DNA of 36,492 bases from contig JAUYQE010000029.1 in the NCBI GenBank assembly GCA_030695605.1, positions 1 through 36,492 on the forward strand, given 5' to 3'. Each line of letters starts with the position of its first letter. Positions within the stretch are counted from its first letter, which is position 1. Made by a program: the position numbers and the translations under genes. Origin of the DNA: Nanobdellota archaeon. GTDB taxonomy: Archaea > Nanobdellota > Nanobdellia > Woesearchaeales > GW2011-AR9. Of the stretch, positions 8,639-16,613 are shown one piece after another. Below the pieces are notes generated by a model. That model was not told where the DNA came from, did no database searches, and worked only from the letters and a program-made list of their open reading frames with translations.

Positions 8639-9349
8639 TTACGGCTTTATATTTTCTTCGCTGGGAAAAAGGCCTTGGTAGAGCTGTTCGTAGCCTTGGG
8701 AATGGACGAGGTAGAGGGTAAAGCCGGTTTCTAAAAAGTCTTGCCTAGCAGCAATGACCATGGCTGGAAAAAGCAATTTTTTGCTTACTTCTTGATCCTT
8801 CAATGAAGGGGGATTACCGCTGGGATGAACATGAAATGATCCCAAGAAGTTTTTTTCAGTATAGCCAATTTCCACTGGAGTAAATGTATAGACTGTCCCT
8901 AGAATATATAACTCATAGAGCGAACGAAGATGCTTTCTCAGTTCTTCATTATCACTAGTCGCCGTTGCCAGGAAATGACAGACACTTTGTAATTCTCTCG
9001 TTTGCCAGTGCTGTTCCCCAACTTGATCAATGATCCTTTGCGTCTGGGCTTCTGCATACGGAAGGAGGATCTCTAGCGAAGAAAAGTCGCCGGTAACAAA
9101 TTGATCCAGCGCTCTTTCTACATCCTGTTGCTGTTGCGTCTTTACGATACGAAATTCTAAGCCTTCTTCTTGAAAGAACAGCCCCCCACCGACTTCTGCA
9201 GAGTTGCCTCCGGTAAATTGTTGTTGAAGGACGCGTAATAATTGTCTTTGCTCATAAGAAGTAAAGCCTTTTTTGTATTCAAGCATGATGAGGGATTTCA
9301 TCAGCTCTTCTTCAATACGTTTCCGGCCAATCTCCCGTTCGGAAAACAT
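8639..9349 (-). CDS. Hypothetical protein with a JAB/MPN (RadC-like) metal-site motif near the C-terminus
   Basis: 236 aa. FHVHPSGNPPSLKD is encoded at 8795-8833 and resembles the JAMM/RadC HxHPSG...PSxxD motif, but with one residue fewer between His and Ser. An AT-rich TATA-like element lies about 25-30 nt upstream of the ATG. Confidence 0.6.
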   Translation of the reverse strand: MFSEREIGRKRIEEELMKSLIMLEYKKGFTSYEQRQLLRVLQQQFTGGNSAEVGGGLFFQEEGLEFRIVKTQQQQDVERALDQFVTGDFSSLEILLPYAEAQTQRIIDQVGEQHWQTRELQSVCHFLATATSDNEELRKHLRSLYELYILGTVYTFTPVEIGYTEKNFLGSFHVHPSGNPPSLKDQEVSKKLLFPAMVIAARQDFLETGFTLYLVHSQGYEQLYQGLFPSEENIKP

Positions 9350-9446
9350 GGCTTTGAAAAAGAAGTATTCTTTAAAAATACTCTTAAAAAATTATGAATA
9401 TTGTCTTCCACAACCATTAAATAAAGAGGTCTTTCCTCGTTGCCTA

Positions 9447-10169
9447 ATGTCCCTCCACAAAAACCTCCTTCCTTTCTCTTTGGCAGCAGCACTCTTTCCC
9501 GCCTGTTTTGGAGATGATTATCCTCCCACCCATTCTGCTCCCATTTCCGACTGTTACCAAGCCAGCCTCTCCGAGAAGTGCTTTGAAGAAGAGTGGGAGA
9601 TTGAAGAAGGCTCGGAGCAGGCCAGCTTGTCTTATTATCGCCCCTTCGGCGTCCGAGTTTCAGACCTGCAGCTCCGCTCAAAGCAGCCAATAGACTATCA
9701 TCTCGGCGAGACGCTGGACGTGGTGGTTTTCTGGGATACGGCGATACCGCGGACGACCGAGCTTACGATTCGCTTACGGAGCCCCGAGATTGCGTTCTGG
9801 CAGCGGGTTTATGCCTGGGATTCCCTTCCGCCACATGGGCCAGTGATTAGTATCAGTGATACGCTGCTCGAAGAAAATCCTGAGGAATGCTGGCCCGGTG
9901 TTGTTCATGATATGGATGTATGCCGTAGCAGTACTTTCCTCCTTGGGGAGGCTCTTCGGGACAGCTTTCAGTACACGCAGTTTCACTTCTTTACGGATGA
10001 AGGGCAGCCTTACGTGCAGTTTACGTATAATAATACAGTTGCTGAGCCCACCCGGCTGCACCTGCCGGAGACGACTTCTTTCTCTTTAGAATTGGATTGC
10101 CGGGACAATACTTTGCCGGAAGAGCAGTGCTCGTTTTATGGGGTGCTGATTGACCGGGAAGAAGAGTAA
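9447..10169 (+). CDS. Putative secreted lipoprotein, function unknown
   Basis: The internal ATG at 9447 gives MSLHKNLLPFSLAAALFPAC, a signal peptide plus lipobox-like Cys. The longer track ORF starting at 9273 would overlap the JAB-like gene. Confidence 0.6.
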   Translation: MSLHKNLLPFSLAAALFPACFGDDYPPTHSAPISDCYQASLSEKCFEEEWEIEEGSEQASLSYYRPFGVRVSDLQLRSKQPIDYHLGETLDVVVFWDTAIPRTTELTIRLRSPEIAFWQRVYAWDSLPPHGPVISISDTLLEENPEECWPGVVHDMDVCRSSTFLLGEALRDSFQYTQFHFFTDEGQPYVQFTYNNTVAEPTRLHLPETTSFSLELDCRDNTLPEEQCSFYGVLIDREEE

Positions 10170-10240
10170 GAGTTCAATTCTATTTGGCGTTTAGCAGCCT
10201 AAGGTCGAACGCTGACAATTTGGGAGAGCAAAGGGGCATC

Positions 10241-10279
10241 GGGGGGAGCATATGGTGAAACAGTCGTTTCACCGCCCCC
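10241..10279. terminator. GC-flanked hairpin between convergent genes
   Basis: GGTGAAAC (10254-10261), loop AGTC, GTTTCACC (10266-10273). It is flanked by a G6 run and a C5 run. It lies between the convergent 9447-10169 and 10352-10981 genes. Confidence 0.4.
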
Positions 10280-10351
10280 ACAAAAAGAATTGTTATTCCC
10301 CTTTGCGCTCCCTACGGAAACGCAGCTACGATCTTTCACGAGAGACAATCA

Positions 10352-10981
10352 TTAAGAGCTTTCTTTCTCCATCCGCCACAAGCCGACGTCAATCTTCTTC
10401 ACCGGCTTTTCGTGGAAAGCAAAAGCCGCTTTGATCGGGAATTCATAGCGCCAAGTATCCGTGATGCGGAAGCTGAAATCTTTGCTGATGGCTTCCACAA
10501 ATCTCTTCGTTGTATATTTATGCATGCTGTAGACAACGGGCGCAACGGAAAAAGCTTTCTCTAGAAACTTCTTGTCGGCATGCTTCTCTTTGGTGCCGAA
10601 AGGTGGATTTTGCACCACCAGATCAACTTCTTCCGCAAAGAGCGTAATATCATGAGCGATAAAGATCGCTTCCCCGATGTCATATTCATTTTTTATGAGT
10701 TCATAATTCTCCCGGCACACCACCATTATTTTTTCATCTTTATCGATGAAGAACATGCGCTTGGCTCCCAGGAGCAGCAGGCCGATGCCGAGAATGCCTG
10801 GGCCGCAGGCGGCATCCAGAATAACTTTTCCGGCAACCTCGCCACGCATCGCCATGGTCCAGATCCAGTCTGCAGCGATGTGCGACGGCGTCGGATATTG
10901 TTCCAGCGTGAAAGACGGCTGCTTATAGCTCTGCAGCTTGCTGAGCACAACTTCCAGATCGCGTTTGGAGCGGATGGTCAT
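10352..10981 (-). CDS. METTL5-type rRNA N6-adenosine methyltransferase orthologue
   Basis: 209 aa. By eye it is collinear with human METTL5 as I recall it. Shared elements are LEQYPTPSHIAA, the SAM loop LDAACGPGILGIG, the catalytic VVQNPPFGTK and YSMHK. Confidence 0.9.
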   Translation of the reverse strand: MTIRSKRDLEVVLSKLQSYKQPSFTLEQYPTPSHIAADWIWTMAMRGEVAGKVILDAACGPGILGIGLLLLGAKRMFFIDKDEKIMVVCRENYELIKNEYDIGEAIFIAHDITLFAEEVDLVVQNPPFGTKEKHADKKFLEKAFSVAPVVYSMHKYTTKRFVEAISKDFSFRITDTWRYEFPIKAAFAFHEKPVKKIDVGLWRMEKESS

Positions 10982-11031
10982 GAGATACGGAGAGTTTTAA
11001 GATGCTCTTTTTTGTAGGTTTTTTTTTCAGT

Positions 11032-11047
11032 ATGTACTTTAGTACAT
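11032..11047. promoter_or_regulatory. Perfect 7+7 palindrome ATGTACT-TT-AGTACAT
   Basis: Read directly. It lies between the hicA stop (11090) and the methyltransferase start (10981). Function unknown; an operator or a transcript end are both possible. Confidence 0.25.
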
Positions 11048-11089
11048 CATTATATGTTTCTACCTCTTTCTGAAACAGTTGAATCTATG

Positions 11090-11323
11090 CTATTCTACAA
11101 ATGCTATAAACTCTTCTTTGGTCATCCCTGCCTGCCGGATAATGCTTAGTAACGTACTCGGAACTAACTCTTTATTTCCATGGAGGGGAACCGTAACATA
11201 AAGCCCTCTCTCGGGAGTCTTCTTGTAGAGTGTTACGTGCGATCCTTTTTGGCGTTTAACAACAAAGCCTTGCTTTTCAAGAAGAGCAATAATCTCTTTA
11301 CCAGAAAGCGTTGGAAGCCTCAT
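11090..11323 (-). CDS. hicA: Type II toxin HicA
   Basis: 77 aa. LSGKEIIALLEKQGFVVKRQKGSHVTLYK is the typical HicA core. Its start overlaps the hicB stop by 1 nt (TAATG). Confidence 0.9.
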   Translation of the reverse strand: MRLPTLSGKEIIALLEKQGFVVKRQKGSHVTLYKKTPERGLYVTVPLHGNKELVPSTLLSIIRQAGMTKEEFIAFVE

Positions 11324-11601
11324 TAGACAGCCAGAGGAATTTCTAGCGGCCCCGAGAAAAACTCGGGAAGAATAGTTTCTTTTTGAAGATCTTTTGGTGT
11401 TAACCCCAGTTTATCTAATAATGCCTGCAAATCCCCGTTCTGCACCATGGTTTCAACATGAAGTTCAACCGCCTCTTTGAGGTTCTTTCGTGCTTCTTCT
11501 ACGGTGTTCCCTTGGCTTGCTACATCCAGCTCCGGACACCAAGAAGAGTATGTTCCTCGTTCTTTCTTAATCACAACGGTCAAAATGAGTTCTTTTCCCA
11601 T
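11323..11601 (-). CDS. hicB: Type II antitoxin HicB
   Basis: 92 aa. YSSWCPELDVASQGNTVEEARKNLKEAVELHVE is the typical HicB/UPF0150 N-domain. A TATATAAAAAAA box lies about 30 nt upstream. Confidence 0.85.
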   Translation of the reverse strand: MGKELILTVVIKKERGTYSSWCPELDVASQGNTVEEARKNLKEAVELHVETMVQNGDLQALLDKLGLTPKDLQKETILPEFFSGPLEIPLAV

Positions 11602-11707
11602 AGTAACTAGGATATATTCCTTCTTTTTTTATATACGTTTCGTTACTGTTTGAAAAACTGCAAGAAAATCTCTCTTTTCGTCTCTTAATTTTGGTTGTGA
11701 TAGTAAA

Positions 11708-11730
11708 CTACTAGTCAAATAGACTAGTGG
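11708..11730. terminator. 9-bp stem, 5-nt loop hairpin downstream of the phosphoesterase gene
   Basis: CTACTAGTC-AAATA-GACTAGTGG, with one G-T position. It lies 35 nt beyond the stop of the 11765-12775 gene and about 110 nt upstream of hicB. Confidence 0.35.
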
Positions 11731-11764
11731 AATTTTGATGTTTAAACTGCGACTCCAATTTCGA

Positions 11765-12775
11765 CTATTGCCTCGGCTGCCGCATATACTCCTTCAAATC
11801 CACATTCTGGTACGCCACTTTGCCGTCTTTGACGTGGAGAAGTCCGCAATGGCCGACGTCGAGATGGCCGGAGTTCCAGTAGAGCTCATCGACAAACTCG
11901 CCTTCTTGGACTGGCTGTACGGCAGCATCGTGTGCTTTATGGGTACTTTCATGGAAATGGCCGCTGACGGCTTTGGTGATGCCGAGCTCTTGATACAGTT
12001 TTTGCAAGTGTTCGTTTCCGCGGTTTTCCCTGCGGAGCGGGAAACCGTTGGCAGTAGCCAAGAGAGAGATTTCTTCATCATGGATAGTGCCGTATCTCTG
12101 CCGTAAAAGGCTCTCTACAACAACACCAGGAATAATGCTCTTGTCCGGCCGCTCGCTGAAGTAAGCAACATCAACAGCTTCTTTGCCATCAAATCGACGC
12201 GGGACATGGCAGACCACGATGGTCTTCTCTGGCTCACTGACGAGCTTTTTCAGGTCGTTCGGATTGGTATAGCGCAGAACTCCTCGCAGTTGTCCGGCAT
12301 TCTGTAATAACCGATGTGCTTCCGGGCTGTACGGGTGTAAACGATCATCTAACTGCAGGTAAAGTCCAGAGGGGATTGACTCATTACTTCCAATCTGATA
12401 CTCTCCGCCACAAACAAAATCTGATCCGGGCAAGAAGGCAACATGATGGTCGGTTTCTTCTATCTTGGGCTCTTTGAAAATGCTGATGAGGTTTGGATAC
12501 TTTTCAGAGAAATACTGCAAGACGGGTTCAAAAGCGGCAATGGCTTCGTGGCTTCCCGTCGAAATACGGCTTTCCAGCCCGCTCTGGCCGAGGGCTTGGA
12601 GAATACGGGCAACAAAATCCTGGCTTTCTTGGAGCGTCCGTTTTCGTTCGCCAATATCTCCATTTACCAGAATTTTCTGTGCCCCCAGCTGCTTGAGGAT
12701 GTCCAGCGCTGGAGCGACGATTCTCGGGTCGCGATGCACGTCCGAGATGATGCCGTAGGTGGTTTCGGGGGGCAT
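11765..12775 (-). CDS. Calcineurin-like metallophosphoesterase
   Basis: Ordered motifs: ISDVHRD (DxH), VNGDIGE (GD), TGSHEA (GNHE-like), VVCHVP (H), SGHFHES (GHxH). 336 aa, with a long insert between motifs III and IV. Confidence 0.85.
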   Translation of the reverse strand: MPPETTYGIISDVHRDPRIVAPALDILKQLGAQKILVNGDIGERKRTLQESQDFVARILQALGQSGLESRISTGSHEAIAAFEPVLQYFSEKYPNLISIFKEPKIEETDHHVAFLPGSDFVCGGEYQIGSNESIPSGLYLQLDDRLHPYSPEAHRLLQNAGQLRGVLRYTNPNDLKKLVSEPEKTIVVCHVPRRFDGKEAVDVAYFSERPDKSIIPGVVVESLLRQRYGTIHDEEISLLATANGFPLRRENRGNEHLQKLYQELGITKAVSGHFHESTHKAHDAAVQPVQEGEFVDELYWNSGHLDVGHCGLLHVKDGKVAYQNVDLKEYMRQPRQ

Positions 12776-12778
12776 TTT

Positions 12779-13168
12779 CTAAAAATCCAGTTCAACCCTC
12801 ATCTCTCCATACCGTTGAGCTGCAGGCTGTGCTTGTTCTGCAAAACCACATTCTGTTAACAGAAAAGCAGCCAATCCACAAGCTGCAGCATATAACTGAA
12901 CATATTCAGCTTGCGTTATCGTGCTGGTGGGATAGCCTTGCGGTAAGTGATCCAAAGCACTGCCACCAAAAGTTCCACCCGGCTGGCAAAAATAGTCTTC
13001 TACCCGTCTTCGAAAGGCACTTCTGATTCTTTCGGTAGCAGAACCAGCGGGTATAATCCTGTCTAAAATCTGATTAATTCTATTGTCATATTCGGGTACG
13101 CTCCCCCGCAAATATTTTATACGGTCATCTGCGGTCATGTCCATCAATTGTTCGCCAGTCATTTGCAT
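12779..13168 (-). CDS. Hypothetical protein, first gene of the phosphoesterase operon
   Basis: 129-aa ORF with an AGAGGAAAC Shine-Dalgarno-like element before the ATG. Its stop is separated from the phosphoesterase start codon by only 3 nt. No recognisable motif. Confidence 0.6.
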   Translation of the reverse strand: MQMTGEQLMDMTADDRIKYLRGSVPEYDNRINQILDRIIPAGSATERIRSAFRRRVEDYFCQPGGTFGGSALDHLPQGYPTSTITQAEYVQLYAAACGLAAFLLTECGFAEQAQPAAQRYGEMRVELDF

Positions 13169-13266
13169 TTTTGTTTCCTCTTTGAATAAAGGTATTCTCT
13201 CTTAAAAATCAACATTATTTATAAACATTTCGCTAAAATTCTCACTTAATAGTAAAAACATGATTC

Positions 13267-13294
13267 CGCCGCTTCCCGCGCCATCCCCATTTCC
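13267..13294. repeat. Direct repeat copy A flanking the MNT/HEPN cassette
   Basis: CGCCGCTTCCCGCGCCAT(CCCCAT)TTCC. It matches 14467-14488 at 17/18 positions, plus TTCC after a 6-nt indel. The offset between copies is exactly 1200 nt. Confidence 0.5.
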
Positions 13295-13303
13295 GCCACA
13301 AAG

Positions 13304-13347
13304 TTTATATAGTAACCAGTAGTTTCTATATGGTAACTTACAGTTAC
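13304..13347 (+). promoter_or_regulatory. TATA box plus palindromic candidate operator of the MNT/HEPN operon
   Basis: TTTATATA lies at 13304-13311. The palindrome GTAACT-TAC-AGTTAC lies at 13333-13347 and abuts the ATG at 13349. Further GTAAC half-sites occur just upstream. Confidence 0.4.
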
Positions 13348-13348
13348 T

Positions 13349-13939
13349 ATGGTACTCTTAACATTGAAAGAACGGGAAACCGTACTCCGGCTGTTCAAAG
13401 AATATACTACATTTTACAATGCGAATTCCATCAGTAAAGTTATTGCCATCAGCCATGTCGGAGCCCAGAAGATTTTGAAGAGGCTTCTCCAAGAGAATAT
13501 AGTCGTTAGTAAAACCATCGGTAAGTGCATAACCTATAAACTCAATCTTAATGACGCCTATGTGAGCCAATTAGTTGCTTTTCTGCTTGCAGATGAAGCT
13601 AATACCTGTAAACGATGGAAAGAAGAATTTAAAGAACTTTTTAAGAAAGACAGAATTGTTCTGCTTTTTGGCTCCGTGATTAAAGATTATGCTCATGCCC
13701 ACGATATTGATGTAATGATAGTTATAGGAAATAATGAAGTCAAAGAAATAAATGCTATCCTCAAGAAAAAAGAAGAGATACTTCCTAAAAAACTCCATGC
13801 GATCAAGTTAACTCGCCAGGATCTGCTAGAAAGCCTTAAAAATGAAGATAAAGCGATAGTCGATATGATGAAAAATGCGATTATTTTGTATGGCCAGGAT
13901 ACCTATGTGGAGATTCTAAAGCATGTCGCAAGCTTCTAA
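13349..13939 (+). CDS. Minimal nucleotidyltransferase (MNT) with an N-terminal winged-helix domain
   Basis: LLFGSVIKDYAHAHDIDVMIV is a GS...DxD nucleotidyltransferase motif. The N-terminal approximately 75 aa look like a wHTH. The gene overlaps the downstream HEPN gene by 17 nt. Confidence 0.8.
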   Translation: MVLLTLKERETVLRLFKEYTTFYNANSISKVIAISHVGAQKILKRLLQENIVVSKTIGKCITYKLNLNDAYVSQLVAFLLADEANTCKRWKEEFKELFKKDRIVLLFGSVIKDYAHAHDIDVMIVIGNNEVKEINAILKKKEEILPKKLHAIKLTRQDLLESLKNEDKAIVDMMKNAIILYGQDTYVEILKHVASF

Positions 13940-14453
13940 GCACGTCGAATGGTGTTTGAATAAAGCGAAGAAAGAGATTGAAGAGTGTAATGGACTCGGC
14001 AAAAGGGCAAAGCACCGAGGCTTATTGAAAAGCAACCCCAACATTGAAGAAGCAAAGAAACACCTTACGAAAGCAGAGCATAATTTTGAGGGGATAACGA
14101 GATTCAAAGAAATTGGCTTTTCTGACTGGTCGATGTCCGCTGGTTTCTACTGCATCTATCATTGTTTTTTGGCCATTGCTGCTACATTTGGCTATGAATC
14201 CTCAAATCAGACCTGCACCATAGCTTTAATGAGATTTCTCAAAGAGAACAACAAAATCAAGCTTGATGAAAAATTTATTGAGTTATTAGAATACGAAAGC
14301 CGTGAAAATATTGGGGAGAATAGTGTTATTGATCTGAGAGAAAATTACACCTATGGGGTACAGGTCTCCATTAAAGACGGAGAAAAGCTGAAAGAATTGA
14401 AACAAAATTGCAAAGAAGTTATTGATAGTACGAAAGAAATAATTTTCAAATAG
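13923..14453 (+). CDS. HEPN-domain protein, partner of the MNT
   Basis: 176 aa, helical. EAKKHLTKAEHNFEG...WSMSAGFYCIYHCFLAIAATFGY fits the HEPN helix 1-2 pattern. Overlapping two-gene architecture with the MNT. I could not see a canonical Rx4-6H motif. Confidence 0.6.
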   Translation: MSQASKHVEWCLNKAKKEIEECNGLGKRAKHRGLLKSNPNIEEAKKHLTKAEHNFEGITRFKEIGFSDWSMSAGFYCIYHCFLAIAATFGYESSNQTCTIALMRFLKENNKIKLDEKFIELLEYESRENIGENSVIDLRENYTYGVQVSIKDGEKLKELKQNCKEVIDSTKEIIFK

Positions 14454-14463
14454 GCCACAACGT

Positions 14464-14895
14464 TCACGCCGCTTCCCGTGCCATTTCCTTGCCCAGAGCT
14501 CGAGTTACACCCCGAATCTCCTCTCTAACTGCCACGAGTTGTTCCTGTAATCTTCTCTTTACAAAATTATAATTCTCTTTGGTTATCTCTCGGAAAAGAT
14601 TTTTTATTATTTCTACTTTTGCAGAAAGGCGATTGCAGCCATTTATTAATTCGGGAGGCAGCCCTTGCTGGGCTTGAGAAAGATTTCTGATAAAATTGTC
14701 CACTGACGCCCCCACTTTTTCTTTCTTTGAGCCAAAATTAAGTTCAGTGATAGCTTTTAATTCCAGTTCCACCGCGGCAAGATCCCGCCCTGCTTGTGTA
14801 AGAGCAGACCGCAGCCGTAGCAAAGGTCTTGGGATACCCATAGTAAGCCAGTAAGAAACTGCCCTCTCTTTTAAACATTTTCTGACCATCGTCAA
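14464..14895 (-). CDS. Hypothetical protein
   Basis: 143-aa ORF divergent from 15042-15518. A shared palindromic TATTTAAATA-like box lies in the 107-bp spacer. No recognised motif. Confidence 0.55.
   Translation of the reverse strand: MTMVRKCLKERAVSYWLTMGIPRPLLRLRSALTQAGRDLAAVELELKAITELNFGSKKEKVGASVDNFIRNLSQAQQGLPPELINGCNRLSAKVEIIKNLFREITKENYNFVKRRLQEQLVAVREEIRGVTRALGKEMAREAA
14467..14488. repeat. Direct repeat copy B, at the 3' end of the 14464-14895 gene
   Basis: CGCCGCTTCCCGTGCCATTTCC. On the minus strand it encodes the C-terminal ...EMAREAA* of the 14464-14895 ORF. Confidence 0.5.
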
Positions 14896-15041
14896 GTAAC
14901 TGCACCATCGAAAAAAGAAAGCTATTTAAATCCCAAGAGTTTCTAGAGATGGATAGGGGTGTGGTAGAAAAAGAGGTAGAGATATTGTTCTGAGCTCTAC
15001 CGTTGTCGGATGTAATAAAGAAACTTGAGGGAGTCGAAGCT

Positions 15042-15518
15042 ATGAAACACGACGTAGTCGAAGCACTAAACGCTGGCTTAAGCAATCTGCAGCAGGCTTT
15101 AGAGGAACATTTAACCGCCATCAATGAAAATACAACAGAAATCCAGGCTCTTTTTGATTATCTGCATGAGTTAGAGATCAAGCACGAAAAACTAGCCCAG
15201 CGTTTAGACCGGTTGCAACTAAGCCACAATAAAGTGCTCAGAAAACAAGCCCTCTTACCTCTCAATCAGACGGAGAAGAAGATATTCACCGCGTTGTATA
15301 TGGACGATACGCCGCTGTCCTTTGCCGAACTGGCGGAGCGTTCTGGCGTTCCTTTAGCACTTTTGCCTGAGTGCATCTCTGCTTTGAGCAACAAAGGGAT
15401 TCCTTTTGTCCGTTCTTTTGTCAATACCCAGATGTTTGTGAAACTGGATCCCGAATTCAAAGAACTGCAGGCCAAAGAGAATGTGGTTAATGTGTCGTTG
15501 CAGGCGTTTTTGGAATGA
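15042..15518 (+). CDS. Coiled-coil protein with a C-terminal winged-helix DNA-binding domain
   Basis: The ATG at 15042 is preceded by GAGGGA; the track uses TTG at 15003. The N-terminus has heptad-like spacing. LNQTEKKIFTALYMDDTPLSFAELAERSGVPLALLPECISALSNKGIPF resembles a TrmB/MarR-type wHTH. Confidence 0.55.
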   Translation: MKHDVVEALNAGLSNLQQALEEHLTAINENTTEIQALFDYLHELEIKHEKLAQRLDRLQLSHNKVLRKQALLPLNQTEKKIFTALYMDDTPLSFAELAERSGVPLALLPECISALSNKGIPFVRSFVNTQMFVKLDPEFKELQAKENVVNVSLQAFLE

Positions 15519-15842
15519 TAAACATTCTACGCTAAGTTCAAATTGTTTAGTTATTAAACTTTAACACAAAAATAGTAGTTTGTCGATAGAGCACAAGACA
15601 AAGTTTATGGGCATAGCTTAAATAGTTTATTTGTTTTATCCACCTAACAAAAACGGTTATTTTTCTCAATAGGATTGGGGTCAGCAGCAACAATTGTAAA
15701 AAGATTATCACCAAACCAAAATTAATCCCCTCCGAAACCTATTTATACAACAAAAAAATCCTCTTTATTCCAATAAGGCAGCACATCCATTCCGTGAAGG
15801 GTTCCCTTACCGGAAAGCTTTAAACGTAAAAAGAGGAGCATT

Positions 15843-16613
15843 ATGAGCGAAATAGACAAAAAAGCAGGTGTTTATGTCCGGGTTTCGACGGAAGAGCAGG
15901 CCAAAGAAGGCATTTCTATCGATGCCCAAATAGACCGTTGTACCGCTTTCTGCAAAGCGAGAGGCTGGGATGTATTCCAGGTCTATACTGATGCCGGCTA
16001 TTCTGCAGGAAGCACTAATAGGCCAGCGTTGCAGCGGTTGCTGGAAGATGCCCGCAACCAAAAAATACAGATCCTTCTGGTCTACAAAATTGATCGCTTT
16101 TCCCGCCATCTGAAAGATCTGATTTCCATCCTCGAAGAGCTGAAAAAGATACAGGTTAATTTCACATCGGTAACGGAGCAGATTGACACGACGACAGCCA
16201 TGGGCGAAGCTTTTTTCCAGATTATCGGCGTCTTTGCGCAGCTGGAGCGGGGGATGGTCAAAGAGCGGGTAGAGATGGCTTTTGAGAAGAAAATTAAGTC
16301 TGGGGAAGCTTTAAATCGGCCTCCATTTGGGTATACCTACAAGAATAGAAAGCTTGTTCCCCACCCGGAAGAAGCAGAGAAAGTCCGAGAAATTTTTTCG
16401 CTTTGGGCTGCCGGCGTGCATTATAAAACCATTGCTGAAAAGAGTGGGCTTCCGGTCTCTACGCTCTACGAATTGGTAAAAAACCCCACCTACATCGGGA
16501 AAGTTCTCTTCCGGGGGCAGCTGTACCCCGGAACGCACAAAGCGATTGTTGATGACGAAATATTTGAGCGAGTACTAAATACTTTTGGGCTAAATTGTGA
16601 TATCAAAGATTAA
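15843..16613 (+). CDS. Small serine recombinase (resolvase/invertase family)
   Basis: GVYVRVSTEEQ holds the catalytic Ser. Also present are YTDAGYSAGSTNRPALQRLL, LLVYKIDRFSRHLKDL and GVFAQLERGMVKERV. The C-terminal GEALNRPPFGY plus an HTH-like KTIAEKSGLPVSTLYELV follow. AAGAGGAG precedes the ATG. Confidence 0.9.
   Translation: MSEIDKKAGVYVRVSTEEQAKEGISIDAQIDRCTAFCKARGWDVFQVYTDAGYSAGSTNRPALQRLLEDARNQKIQILLVYKIDRFSRHLKDLISILEELKKIQVNFTSVTEQIDTTTAMGEAFFQIIGVFAQLERGMVKERVEMAFEKKIKSGEALNRPPFGYTYKNRKLVPHPEEAEKVREIFSLWAAGVHYKTIAEKSGLPVSTLYELVKNPTYIGKVLFRGQLYPGTHKAIVDDEIFERVLNTFGLNCDIKD

Noticed and set aside
9273-9446. N-terminal extension of the lipoprotein ORF, plus other long track starts (5909, 7602, 17773, 19881, 29468, 29844)
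   Set aside because: The extended starts overlap the neighbouring gene or use TTG/GTG. Internal ATGs are preceded by Shine-Dalgarno-like or TATA elements and yield canonical N-termini: a signal peptide, the PAC2 start, the uL11 start and the DUF167 start.
10170-10240. Possible tRNA suggested by GGTCGAACGC in the spacer after the lipoprotein gene
   Set aside because: No 7-bp acceptor pairing, D-arm or anticodon arm could be drawn on either strand.
11069-11655. Inverted repeat TCTGAAACAGT / ACTGTTTGAAA flanking hicBA
   Set aside because: Only 9 of 11 positions match in about 270 bp of flanking DNA. That is too short and imperfect to argue for cassette termini.
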